Shown piece after piece: positions 37,972 to 49,786 of a stretch of 64,000 nt of DNA. The DNA comes from Phyllobates terribilis (taxonomy: Eukaryota). The translations under genes and the position numbers were made by a program. The stretch covers positions 183,582,001-183,646,000 of the forward strand of contig NW_027362771.1 in the NCBI RefSeq assembly GCF_046119375.1. Reading direction: 5' to 3'. The stretch's first letter is position 1. Each line of letters opens with the position of its first letter. The notes below the pieces were generated by a model. It was not told the DNA's origin. It searched no databases and saw nothing but the letters and a program-made list of their open reading frames with translations.

Positions 37972-40900
37972 TGTCACACTGTCACAGAATACTGGAGGTA
38001 GGGGGCCTAAGCTGACCCTAAGCTGGGGCCCTGACTAATCCCTCAACCTGGAGGTACTGTTAAAGGTACAGAGGTCCAGGCCGCCAGCGTAACCCCTACC
38101 TCCTGAGGATCCCTGCACCTCAGTAATCTAGTCCTGAGAAGGACCCCGATCACAACAATTGGGAACCAGAAATAATATGCCCACACACAGTATTTAGACG
38201 AACGAGACAGTACAAGGGAAAAACCAAAACCACCTTGCATACAACTTCTACACAACTACAACAGAGGGAACACCAACGGGAAAGGAGATAAATGATAAAG
38301 CGAGGAAAGGGAAAAAACACTTCCAAATACACTTATCTCAGCAACTCCAAACACCACGATCCGCTCTGTAAGTCTGAATGAAAAGCTTTCACCGACACCT
38401 CCCAAACAGACCTGCAGGAATATGAAGGAGTCTCACTAAAGAAGCATTGATTGCAGCTGGGCGAGGCTGGACCTCAGCTAGCCCAGAGAGAGAGAGAATT
38501 AACTCCTTCACTGCCGAAAAAACACAAAGCACCAACAAGTCAGCTGCGAGAAGTCAGGCTGTGTACTCGTGACGATCTTCGTGGCAACACACCCGTGACA
38601 GTACCCCCCCTTCTACGAGGGGCCTCCGGACCCTCAGGGCCAGGTTTATTCGGGTGAGTCGTGTGGAAGGCCCGAACTAATCGGTCTGCGTTAATATCCG
38701 ACGCAGGAACCCACATCCTCTCCTCAGGACCATACCCCTTCCAATGAACCAAGTACTGAAGGGACCGGCGATTAAAGCGTGAATCAATGACCCTCGATAC
38801 CTGGAACTCCAAGTTACCATTGACAACCACAGGAGGGGGAGGTAAAGGTGACGGTACCACCGGCGCCACATACCTCTTAAGCAATGATCTGTGAAACACG
38901 TTGTGAATTTTAAACGTAGGGGGGAGGTCAAGACGGAATGCCACCGGATTAATAACAGAACTGATTCTGTACGGCCCGATGAACCTGGGACCCAGTTTCC
39001 AGGAGGGAACCTTAAGTTTAATATTCCTGGTAGACAACCATACCTGATCGTTCACACTTAGGTCCGGACCAGACACTCTCCTCCTATCAGCCATACGTTT
39101 GTATCGGTTCCCCATAGTATTCAGATTCTTCAGCACCCCTCTCCATACTGAAGCGAGAGATGAGGAAAATCGTTCCTCCTCCGGAACCCCCGAAGAGCCC
39201 CCCCTACTGAAAGTACAAAACTGGGGGTGAAAACCATATGCCCCAAAAAACGGGGACTTACCAGTGGACTCGCTCCGCCTATTATTGAGAGCAAACTCTG
39301 CCAGAGGTAGGAAAGAAGCCCAGTCCTCCTGGTTCTCTGACACAAAACACCGAAGATATGTCTCCAAGCTCTGGTTCATACGTTCCGTCTGACCATTGGT
39401 CTGAGGATGAAAAGCCGACGAGAATGACAAATGCATCCCCCGCCGTGCACAAAACGCCTTCCAGAACTTGGACACAAACTGAGACCCCCGATCAGACACC
39501 ACCTCGGAGGGTACCCCGTGAAGCCTCACAATTTCCCCAATGAACACCTGCGCAAGAGTTTTAGCATTAGGGAGAGCCATCTTGCTGAACCTGTCCACTA
39601 CAACGAGTATGACCGTTTTACCCGAAGACGGAGGGAGGTCCGTAATAAAGTCCATAGACAGATGAGTCCAAGGACGCTCCGGGATCTTCAAAGGTAAAAG
39701 GGCCCCAGACGGACGGGTATGTGAGGTCTTAGAGCGCGCACAAACCCCACAGGACGCGACAAAAGTTACCACCTCTTTATGTAAGTTAGGCCACCAAAAC
39801 CGACGCGAGAGGAGATCCACAGTTGCTTTACTCCCCGGGTGTCCTGCAAAAACTGAGTTATGGTGTGCCTCGATCACCTTTTGTCGCAACTGATCTGGAA
39901 CGAACAGTCTCCCCGGAGGTCCAACAGGGGCGTCCCCCTGAGCCTCCAATATCTCCTCCTCCAGCTCAGAGCATACTGCCGAAACCACCACCCCCTCCTG
40001 AAGGATAGGAATCGGGTCGTCCGTATTCCCGGCCCCAGGGAAACTACGAGATAAGGCATCCGCCTTTACATTTTTAGACCCAGGACGATATGTAACGACG
40101 AAATTAAACCTGGTAAAAAACAATGACCACCTAGCTTGTCTGGGATTCAGACGTTTAGCGGACTCCAGATATAGCAGGTTTTTGTGATCGGTGATGACGG
40201 TGACCGGATGAACTGCCCCCTCCAAAAAATGGCGCCACTCCTCAAAAGCTAACTTAATGGCCAAGAGTTCCCTATTGCCGACATCGTAATTCCTCTCAGC
40301 GGACGACAATTTTTTAGAGAAAAAGGCGCACGGATGCCACTTACCAGGGGACGAACCCTGTGACAATACTGCTCCCACCCCTACCTCGGAAGCGTCTACC
40401 TCTACAAAGAATGGCTGAGACGCATCAGGTTGAATGAGTATGGGTGCCGAGGCAAAACATTTTTTCAAGGAGGAGAATGCTTGACAAGCCTTGTCAGACC
40501 ACCTAGAAAAATCCGTCCCCTTTTTAGTCATGTCTGTGAGAGGCTTAACCATGGACGAGAAATTACGAATGAACTTCCGGTAATAGTTAGCAAACCCCAG
40601 GAAACGTTGTAGTGCCTTAAGATTCTCCGGCCGATCCCACTCAAGAACTGCCCGCACTTTCCCAGGGTCCATACGAAAACCGGACGCTGAAACCAGGAAG
40701 CCTAAAAACTGGAGTTCCTGTACGGCGAACACACACTTTTCCCACTTGGCATACAGTTTATTATCCCGCAAGATCTGTAACACCTGCCTAACGTGCTCCT
40801 GATGAGACACCAGATCCGGCGAGTAAATTAAGATATCATCCAGATATATGACAACAAACTGTCCCACCAGGTGGCGAAAAATATCATTAACAAAGTGTTG

Positions 40901-43395
40901 AAACACCGCCGGGGCATTAGTCAGACCGAATGGCATGACAAGGTTCTCATAATGCCCCTCCGGAGTGTTAAAAGCCGTCTTCCACTCATCCCCCTCCTTC
41001 ATCCTAATCAGATTGTACGCCCCCCTGAGATCCAACTTAGAGAACCATTTGGCGCCCACGATCTGATTAAAGAGATCGGGAATAAGTGGGAGCGGATACG
41101 GATCTCGGACCGTAATCCGATTAAGTTCACGGAAATCCAGGCAAGGGCGTAGGCCTCCATCTTTCTTCTTAACAAAGAAGAACCCCGCGGCCACCGGTGA
41201 AGATGAAGGTCTAATATGCCCCTTAGCCAGACTTTCAGAAATATAATCCTTCATGGCCTGCCTCTCAGGACCAGAAAGGTTATACAACCTAGCTTTAGGT
41301 AACTTGGCCTCAGGGAGCAGTTTTACAGAACAGTCATACTCGCGATGAGGAGGTAGTTCCTGACACCCATTCTCCGAGAATACATCCTCAAAGTCCGCCA
41401 GAAATGGAGGTAAGACCCAAGGAGTAACCGCACCGATGACCGTGTTCATGCAGTTTTTATTACAGAATTTACTCCATTGGCTTATCTCTCTGGTTTGCCA
41501 ATTAATAACCGGGTTATGCTTAGCTAACCAAGGAAGGCCCAACACTATAGGAGCGGGAAGACCCTCCAACACGTAGCAAGACAACAGTTCTTTATGTATT
41601 GCCCCCACTTGAAGTTTTACGCCATGCACAGCTTGCAAAAAACTTCCCTGACCGAGAGGCCTGGCATCGATCGAGAATATGGGGATGGGTTTAGCCAACT
41701 CACTCAATCGCATACCTTGAACCCGGGCAAACCGAGCATCAACCAGTTTAGCCCCGGCCCCACTATCCAGAAGAACAGATATCCTCTCAGTTCTCGCACC
41801 CACCACCACCTCCGCCGGTACGAGAAACTGAGACGAACCTAGGGACGAAATACCTACTCCCAGATTGCCGTCCACCACACAACCTGGGATCAACAGTTTT
41901 TTCGACGACTCTTTACTCTGCAAGGGACGGGATGGACACCCCCCAATAAAATGTCCCTTTTTCCCGCAGAGGAAACACCTTCCTGTCTTATGGCGCTCCA
42001 CCGGTCCCCTTCCCCGAAATGATGTCCCTCCTAATTGCATAGGCTCCTCCGGACTGACCAGGGGAACCACCATATGAGGGGACCTTGTAGGAGGTGGAGA
42101 CATTACAGGGGGTAGAGTTATCCCGCACCTCTCCCGAAGCCGTCTGTCAACGCGAATGGCAAGGGCCATAGCGGCTTCCAGTGACGCGGGAGAGTCATAC
42201 TGTGCCAACACATCCTGTAATTTGTCGGATAAACCATGACAAAACTGGCTCCTAAGAGCCGGGTCATTCCACTGGGTGTCCGTGGCCCACCTACGGAACT
42301 CCGAACAGAATTCCTCCGCCGGACGATCTCCCTGCTGAATCCTACGTAACTTAGACTCAGCAAGGGAGATCCGATCTGGGTCATCATATACGAGTCCCAG
42401 AGCAGCGAAAAACCTATCCACTGACTGGAGAACCGGGGAGCTTGGGGGAAGAGAGAACGCCCAAGATTGTGGGTCTCCTTGTAGGAGCGAGATGACAATT
42501 CCCACCCTTTGTTCTTCGCTGCCCGATAACCGAGGCCGCAGCCGAAAGTACAATTTGCATGCCTCCCGGAAAACAAAAAACTTGTCCCGCCCCCCAGTGA
42601 ACCTGTCAGAGAGAGCTACTTTAGGTTCTGGTCCGGCTTGCTCCAGAGGATGCAAAACCTTGGACCTAACGTCCGCCAGCCCCATGGACAAACTCTGCAA
42701 CTGCCGAGCTAGACCGGCTACTGGATCCATGGTAGCTGGAGAAAAACTAAGTTGGTCGGTGAAAATGTCACACTGTCACAGAATACTGGAGGTAGGGGGC
42801 CTAAGCTGACCCTAAGCTGGGGCCCTGACTAATCCCTCAACCTGGAGGTACTGTTAAAGGTACAGAGGTCCAGGCCGCCAGCGTAACCCCTACCTCCTGA
42901 GGATCCCTGCACCTCAGTAATCTAGTCCTGAGAAGGACCCCGATCACAACAATTGGGAACCAGAAATAATATGCCCACACACAGTATTTAGACGAACGAG
43001 ACAGTACAAGGGAAAAACCAAAACCACCTTGCATACAACTTCTACACAACTACAACAGAGGGAACACCAACGGGAAAGGAGATAAATGATAAAGCGAGGA
43101 AAGGGAAAAAACACTTCCAAATACACTTATCTCAGCAACTCCAAACACCACGATCCGCTCTGTAAGTCTGAATGAAAAGCTTTCACCGACACCTCCCAAA
43201 CAGACCTGCAGGAATATGAAGGAGTCTCACTAAAGAAGCATTGATTGCAGCTGGGCGAGGCTGGACCTCAGCTAGCCCAGAGAGAGAGAGAATTAACTCC
43301 TTCACTGCCGAAAAAAACACAAAGCACCAACAAGTCAGCTGCGAGAAGTCAGGCTGTGTACTCGTGACGATCTTCGTGGCAACACACCCGTGACA
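37972..43395 (-). mobile_element. Young full-length Ty3/Gypsy chromovirus (sushi/Tf1-like)
   Basis: LTRs 37972-38600 (629 bp) and 42766-43395 (630 bp); I saw only a 1-nt poly-A difference by eye. TG...CA ends, 5-bp TSD ACTGG, PPT AGAAGGGGGGG next to the 3' LTR. Confidence 0.95.
38540..42730 (-). CDS. Gag-Pol polyprotein (Gag, CCHC, protease, RT, RNase H, integrase, chromodomain), single frame, 1396 aa
   Basis: CFLCGKKGHFIGGC, VLLDSGA, YLDDIL, DASEVG, HNSVFAGH..C..C, DFIT / SDRG / ERMN, and FQVSRVIDSR...YLVHWKGYGPEERMW. Confidence 0.95.
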   Translation of the reverse strand: MDPVAGLARQLQSLSMGLADVRSKVLHPLEQAGPEPKVALSDRFTGGRDKFFVFREACKLYFRLRPRLSGSEEQRVGIVISLLQGDPQSWAFSLPPSSPVLQSVDRFFAALGLVYDDPDRISLAESKLRRIQQGDRPAEEFCSEFRRWATDTQWNDPALRSQFCHGLSDKLQDVLAQYDSPASLEAAMALAIRVDRRLRERCGITLPPVMSPPPTRSPHMVVPLVSPEEPMQLGGTSFRGRGPVERHKTGRCFLCGKKGHFIGGCPSRPLQSKESSKKLLIPGCVVDGNLGVGISSLGSSQFLVPAEVVVGARTERISVLLDSGAGAKLVDARFARVQGMRLSELAKPIPIFSIDARPLGQGSFLQAVHGVKLQVGAIHKELLSCYVLEGLPAPIVLGLPWLAKHNPVINWQTREISQWSKFCNKNCMNTVIGAVTPWVLPPFLADFEDVFSENGCQELPPHREYDCSVKLLPEAKLPKARLYNLSGPERQAMKDYISESLAKGHIRPSSSPVAAGFFFVKKKDGGLRPCLDFRELNRITVRDPYPLPLIPDLFNQIVGAKWFSKLDLRGAYNLIRMKEGDEWKTAFNTPEGHYENLVMPFGLTNAPAVFQHFVNDIFRHLVGQFVVIYLDDILIYSPDLVSHQEHVRQVLQILRDNKLYAKWEKCVFAVQELQFLGFLVSASGFRMDPGKVRAVLEWDRPENLKALQRFLGFANYYRKFIRNFSSMVKPLTDMTKKGTDFSRWSDKACQAFSSLKKCFASAPILIQPDASQPFFVEVDASEVGVGAVLSQGSSPGKWHPCAFFSKKLSSAERNYDVGNRELLAIKLAFEEWRHFLEGAVHPVTVITDHKNLLYLESAKRLNPRQARWSLFFTRFNFVVTYRPGSKNVKADALSRSFPGAGNTDDPIPILQEGVVVSAVCSELEEEILEAQGDAPVGPPGRLFVPDQLRQKVIEAHHNSVFAGHPGSKATVDLLSRRFWWPNLHKEVVTFVASCGVCARSKTSHTRPSGALLPLKIPERPWTHLSMDFITDLPPSSGKTVILVVVDRFSKMALPNAKTLAQVFIGEIVRLHGVPSEVVSDRGSQFVSKFWKAFCARRGMHLSFSSAFHPQTNGQTERMNQSLETYLRCFVSENQEDWASFLPLAEFALNNRRSESTGKSPFFGAYGFHPQFCTFSRGGSSGVPEEERFSSSLASVWRGVLKNLNTMGNRYKRMADRRRVSGPDLSVNDQVWLSTRNIKLKVPSWKLGPRFIGPYRISSVINPVAFRLDLPPTFKIHNVFHRSLLKRYVAPVVPSPLPPPPVVVNGNLEFQVSRVIDSRFNRRSLQYLVHWKGYGPEERMWVPASDINADRLVRAFHTTHPNKPGPEGPEAPRRRGGTVTGVLPRRSSRVHSLTSRS

Positions 43396-44212
43396 ACTGG
43401 AAAGAAAGTTTGAGAAGCCTTGGTCAGAATTCTAGGTCTGTTTAAATTGATACTATTTAACCTTTCTATAAATAAAGAGAATCAACAGTTTAGAGCTGTG
43501 TGTAAATTAGCAGCACCAGACCCCATTGTAAAAATCTGAATAACTTCATTTAGTTTAAATAAAAAACAAAAATAAAGCCAATAATCCATGCTTGACAACC
43601 CAACTGATTATAATTATATTCTACTGCAATGGATTTAGACTGGCATTCATTCTTGTTGGCAAAAGGAATGGCATATTAATTATAGAATAACGTGTATCGT
43701 TACACAATAGGAGGAACAGCCAAGCAGATTGCATTTAAATTCTTGGAACACAAGTAGTAAAATCACTTACGGGAATGTGGTTAAGCCAATATTAGGGTGA
43801 ATAAAAAACTTATCAATATAATTTGCAAATTTAGAAAAGATTGCAGACTGCTGTATACAATTTGTCCCCTGCCACGAACACTGGGAATATGTTAGACTTC
43901 CATTGCTAGTCCTCTGAATAACTTCACTGAGATGGTCATAGCTGCCTACATAAGTGCAATGCTTTGAATAAAACATTTGATCATTCAGTTTGTGAGTCAC
44001 ATGAAATTCGAGATGATCAAATTTGCCAAGAATCTTGTAAAAGAAATTTTGTAAAAGAAATGTTAAGCACAATTCCAAAATCAATGCATCTCAAATAAAA
44101 TTTGATATGCATTTATAATTATCTTGAAAAACATATTTCTTGTAAACTGATTACTGTAAAAACTATTGGTACATAAAGCTGCATACATTTTTAAAGAGGA
44201 CTACGCAGTTAA

Positions 44213-44610
44213 GGGCAATCTGTCAGCATGCTTTTCTTATGTTATCTGAGAGCAGTATGATGGATGATTCCAGCAATATGTCACTTACTGGGCTGCTTGT
44301 TGCAGTTTTATCAGCAGGAGATAATCTCTAGGGGACTAGTTGTCTAGTGCCATGTAGTCCTACTGCTGTGTGTAACCTCGCCCACACCACTGATTAGCAA
44401 GGACACAGAAAGCTGCCAATCAATGGTATGGATGGGATTATACAAATCTTAGCATTCAGAGAACTTCTAGATCTGCAGCAGAGAAGACAATGATTTTATC
44501 AAAACGACAGCAAGCAGCCCAGAAAGTGATATATCACTGGAATCAGGGTTTCTGTCTCTACATCATGCTGCTCTCAGATTCCAAAATATAAACCTGCTGA
44601 CATATTCCCT
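44213..44610. mobile_element. T2/Kolobok-type MITE
   Basis: ttaa+gggcaatctgtcagc ... gctgacatattccct+ataa. Confidence 0.65.
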
Positions 44611-45039
44611 ATAAGACAAAGTAACATGAGATGAAATTACCAGAATTGTCTCAAATATACAGTATGTCATTAGAAAATCAAATGATTTTCCTCAATATTA
44701 CAGGGAAATGGGTTTTACTTTCTTTTTACCAAAGCGAGCACAAAATCTGATGAGATTCTCCCTTTTTTATATCTTGGAGCTACCAACATTGATGGGGGGA
44801 GGCTGATTCTAAACAACATCTGAAGGCAAAGTAGAGCCTTGTTGTCATATCTGGCAGAATTTGGCCTACTTTGCCATTATGTTGACCCGATGGTTAATAT
44901 AATGTAATGTGTGAAACTAATTCACCAATGCATACCAATTGGTAGCGTATCCAGTGAAATGCAAGTGAAAGGTTACCTCATTTCCCACCAGGACGCTAAA
45001 CTATACCTCAAACTAAATTTTCTCCGCCATGTAATAAAA

Positions 45040-45636
45040 TGGGTGCACAATTATTAGAAAAGTGAGCATTTTGATGATGTAATTTTTATGCAGATTTTCC
45101 AACTCCAAGATGTATAAACTTGGTGATCAGGTGATGTGTACAGGGTAGGCCATTTATATGGATACACCAAAATTAAATGGGAATGGTTGGTGATATCAAC
45201 TTCCTGTTTGTGGCACATTAGTATATGGGAGGGGGAAAACTTTTCCAGATGGGTGGTTACCATGGCGGCCATTTTGAAGTCGGCCATTTTGGATCCAACT
45301 TTATTTTTTTCAATGGGAAAAGGGTCATGTGACACATCAAACTTATTGAGAATTTCATAAGAAAAAACAATGGTGTGCTTGGTTTTAACATAACTTTATT
45401 CTTTCATGAGTTTTTTACAAGTTTATGACCACTTATAAAATGTGTTCAAAATGCTGCCCATTGTGTTGGATTGTCAATGCAACCCTCTTCTCCCACTCTT
45501 GACACACTGATAGCAACGCCGCAGAAGAAATGCTAGCACAGGCTTCCAGTATCCGTTGTTTCAGATGCTGTAGTTGTTCAAAATTAAAATTAATCATCAA
45601 AAGTACAAACTGCCTAATTATTGTGCACACAGTGTA
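45040..45636. mobile_element. Tc1-type shell containing a truncated mariner-like fragment (~45140-45570)
   Basis: Outer ends gtgcacaattattag / ctaattattgtgcacacagtgta. Inner tacagggtaggccatttatatgg end and minus-strand C-terminus QEWEKRVALTIQHNGQHFEHIL*. Confidence 0.6.
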
Positions 45637-46014
45637 AGTTATCCCTATATATTACGCAGCCCAGATAAAGGAGGCAGATACAGCTGCTTGTAAAGGGTTA
45701 GTATTAAAGATGATGGTGGCTGCATCTACAGGATTAATTTGCCAAAAGCATTCTAGTTACTTTTAAAGTTTAATCAGCAAAACTAGGACTCAAATGCCTG
45801 TAAAATGTTCATTTGAGTCTCTCATTACAGAGAACATAGACAGACAGCCAAGGAAGGATGACAGGATTAACCTTAGATGGTGTATCCAGCCTTCTTCTCC
45901 TCTACAATAACATTCAGCATGAAACAACAGTTATACAGCAATACAACTATCCCACTTTTGATGCTGACCACTCCAAATAGTGGTATCTCCCAGTGCAGAA
46001 GCAGGAAGTCTTAA

Positions 46015-46666
46015 AGGGAATCTGTCAGGTGACTTCTTGTACTATATTAATGGTATCCTGAAATAGGGCTTGGGTAGCCCTTTCAGAATATGTAACTTTT
46101 ATTGCTGTAGCTTCTCTGTTTGTTTTTTTGCTGCGAGCACTGGAGAATTCACAGCCTCGTGCCTGCTTGTCAAGCATATGTAAATCCAAAATTAATATGC
46201 ACTGCTCCCCACGGCCATAATCCCGCTCACCACTCTGCATTGGCTTCAGTGATATTCAATTTGGATTTACTATGCACTGCTCCCCACACCCAAAAACCCG
46301 CCACCTCTCGGCACCAATGTCAGTGATAGTAAAAATCCTTCCATCCACCAGCTAATCATCCAACACAGACATGTATATAGGCCAGCTGTCTGCTACTCTC
46401 CTGTACACTAGCAGATACAGCTGCACTGACCTGGCACCTACAGAACAGCAGCGATCCCCTGCACAGTGTGTATACATTGGTACTGTCCATGTGTCTCCCC
46501 CATACACTGTGTGGTACCCGCAGCCATATAGACTAGGGCAGCTTCCAACTCTGGAACAGAACTATGGATCAGATGATCAGAGGAAGTCCCGCCCTGCCAG
46601 TGTCACAGGCTTATGCCCACATGCTGAATACATTGGGCAACTTAAAAAAAGTACTGGACAACACCT
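46015..46666. mobile_element. T2/Kolobok-type MITE, possibly composite
   Basis: TTAA flanks with AGG termini; the two TIRs match poorly. Confidence 0.5.
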
Positions 46667-46986
46667 TTAAGATAACGGAGAGACCAACTTCAGGGACCTT
46701 TTTTTAAAAAAGGCAGAACTATTATCACTAAATAAAACAGGATTTTTTTTCAGTTTCCTAATTATATGTATTTGACAATGTTTTCAGATTTTGTGTCCAT
46801 TTAACTAATTAAGTATTCCAGGGGATGACAGGTGTCTATAGCATAAACAGTATATCAGACAGAAACCCTAATTATTATTCAACCTTAAGAGCTATCTAGA
46901 AAAACAATATGAAGCCATGAACTGTGAATGCTTTCTATAAATTATATTATACTGTTTATATATGAAGATTGAAAACACTAATTTAA

Positions 46987-47900
46987 CCCCTTAACTGCCC
47001 AGCGATTATCCATTTTTTCGTTTTCTTCTCCCCTTCTTCCAAGAGCCTTATTTTTTTTATTTTTTTGTCAATATTACTATGTGAGGGCTTGTTTTTTTTG
47101 TGGGATGAGTTGTACTTTTGAATGACACCATTCATTTTACCATATGGTATACTGAAAAAGGGGAAAAAATTCCAAGGGCGTTGAAATTGCAAAAAAAAAG
47201 TGCAACTCCACAATAATTTTGGGGGCATTTTATTTTCCATATTCACTATATGGTAAAACTGACCTGGCAATATGATTCTCCAGGTCAGTAAAAGAATGTA
47301 GGTACTAAATATGTATAGTTTTTTTTTATTTAGGTGGTGAAAAAAAAATCAGAAATTTGTAAAAAAAAAAAGTAATTTTTGTTTTTTGTCGTCTATTCAG
47401 AGACCTGTCATGTTTTCATTTTTTGAGATATAGGGCTGTGTGAGGGCTTATTTTTTGGGCCCTGATCTGAAATTTTTACTTACACCATTTTGGGGTAGAT
47501 ACAATGTTTTGATCGCCTGTTATTACATTTTATTGCAATTTGATGAGGCCAAAAAAAACGTAACTCTGGCGTTTTGATTTTTTTTCTCGTTATTCCGTTT
47601 ACCGATCAGATTAATTTATTTTATATTTTGATAGATCGGACATTTCTGAACGAAGTGATACCAAAAATTTGTATTTTTTTATTAATTGTTGTATTTTCAA
47701 TGGGGCATAAGGGGGGCGATTTGAACTTGTTTGTTTTTTATTGTTTTCATATTTAAAAAAAAATTTTTTTACTTTTACTGAATTTAACAGTCCCCTTAGG
47801 AGCTGCGATTGTCCGATCGCCTGTGCTATACATACTAGTGCATCAGCACAGCTACTATATGTATAGGAGAAATCACAATCTCCTATGAACACCGACTACA
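46987..47900. mobile_element. Non-autonomous piggyBac-like fragment
   Basis: TTAA+CCCCTT start; right terminus not found. Confidence 0.55.
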
Positions 47901-48605
47901 GGCTGGCATCCACAACATTTCCCTTAGACTGGTTGTCTACTTTATGTTAACAAATGCATTGGGGACATGATTTTGCAGCACTTACGAATATATTACAGCG
48001 TCATCACCTGTTACCTTTGTGAAGCACCCCACCACCCTTGTCCCACTTGTTAGTGTAGCCTTTCCCACAGACTGCACAGGATTCCTGTTCTCAAAATAGC
48101 AATTGATGGAGGGACATGTGCCTAGTTTTGTCCATCATCTGCAAATGAAAAGCTCTGCCATAATCATGTCCTCAACACATTCGTCAAAATAAAGAGAAAG
48201 TGGAAAACTCCTTTAAGGGCCCAAATAATCCTGGAAACAACCTTAGTGTTACTGGTCTAAAAGTAAAACATAAAAATAATAATGTGTGTTATGAATAATA
48301 CTCAAACATGCCATGGCACAGTTATTAACCTTTAAGAAAACCCTTTCTATATGATTATAGTCACACTTGCATCACTATTGAAGGTCCTCAAACTACAAAT
48401 AAAGAAGATTTTCATTAATAATATATAATTTGCATCTTGTTAATAATTCCACGTTGGAATAGCAGTCATTTTTTTTATTACGTTTTTTTTTTGTTTTTCA
48501 ATTTTTACAGCGACGTTGACATTTTTTTATTAAGTTGGGGTAGTCACTTACCAAAGTAAAAGAGTTAAACGGAATGTGCAGCCATATTTGTTGTTTTCAA
48601 ATTAA

Positions 48606-48920
48606 AGGGGTTGAACAGGACTAAAAAGACTGTAGAATTTTTCAGATTGGTATTGATCCGCCACCTGGCCTTTGCATCTATCAGCTGTTATCTCCTGTGG
48701 CTAAATTCGAGCTGTAGTACCTACGAGTGGCCACTAAGCACGGTACGAAGCCATGGTGTCTCAGCTCCAAACAATTATAGTTTCCATTCAGCTGCTGCTG
48801 GAAAAGATAAAAGCTGATGAATAGGGGTGCCAAGTGTCTGTCCCCCACCGATCTGATATTAATGACCTATCCCATGGATCCATAGAGAGGTCATCAATAT
48901 GCAAACCCTGGACAATTCCT
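48606..48920. mobile_element. T2/Kolobok-type MITE
   Basis: TTAA flanks; aggggttgaacagg / cctggacaattcct termini. Confidence 0.6.
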
Positions 48921-49778
48921 TTAAGGTGTAACACACAGAGAAGATCTGAAAATGGTCACCAATTACTTCTCAGAAACTCATCTTTTATAACAGACATTGC
49001 ACTTACAAAAAGATTAAACCATTTAGATAAAGGACATTCAGGTCAAATTTAAAGGTCTTGAGGAAGATTCTAAAATAATAGGTGAAGTAATATAAAGTAG
49101 ATTATGGAGACGGGTTACTTGGGATTGGTAAGGGAGAGAAAAAAGCCTTTAGCATAATATACTTAAGAATACAAATCAAAACCACATGTGCAATGCAAAT
49201 AATATACAGCAAAAAAATAGATTTGTCCAGAATAGCAAAGCCTTTTTTTCTCTTGAGCTTTGTCTTGAAAGAACATTTGTAAAACAATTTTCTCCAATAA
49301 AAACAGGTTTGTAGATAAAGTTAATGTAAACACAACAAGGTATTGTACAGCTGAGCCCGGTATCCAGCTTATGGAAAATGAACAGCGCAGCAGGAGATAA
49401 ATGATTGGTCAAGGGCTAGAGACAAATGCACTTTATGAATCAAAAGAAAACAAAGGTACAAATGTAGCACCCCGAGGACTCGGCTGCTACAGGGGTATTG
49501 CACCTCGAACCAGAGGTGTGATATTCCACTCCCGGGTAAGGATGGAGTGTGGAACATAGCTCAGTTAGCTGCATGCACTACACTCACCCCATTTCCGGGG
49601 GACAGACCAACGGTACTCCCACCAGATAGATGTGCAGGTACGACAGCTTCTGTCCCTGGCTGGAGTGGGGAGGGGGGAGGAACATCCCAGTGGTGTAGGA
49701 GCAGACAGGGGAGGGACTCTGGGCATAGGTAGGAGCCCATTGGGTGCTAGTCACCTGGGCTCGGGTGTCAGAAGGGAG

Positions 49779-49786
49779 TATAAAAG
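49779..49786 (+). promoter_or_regulatory. Probable LTR TATA box
   Basis: TATAAAAG followed by GTGGGCACCATCTT; identical in the 3' LTR and in the solo LTR at 4671. Confidence 0.6.

Noticed and set aside
48135-48137. In-frame TGA as a selenocysteine codon
   Set aside because: The exon itself is unverified, no selenoprotein similarity was recognised, and no SECIS was identified.
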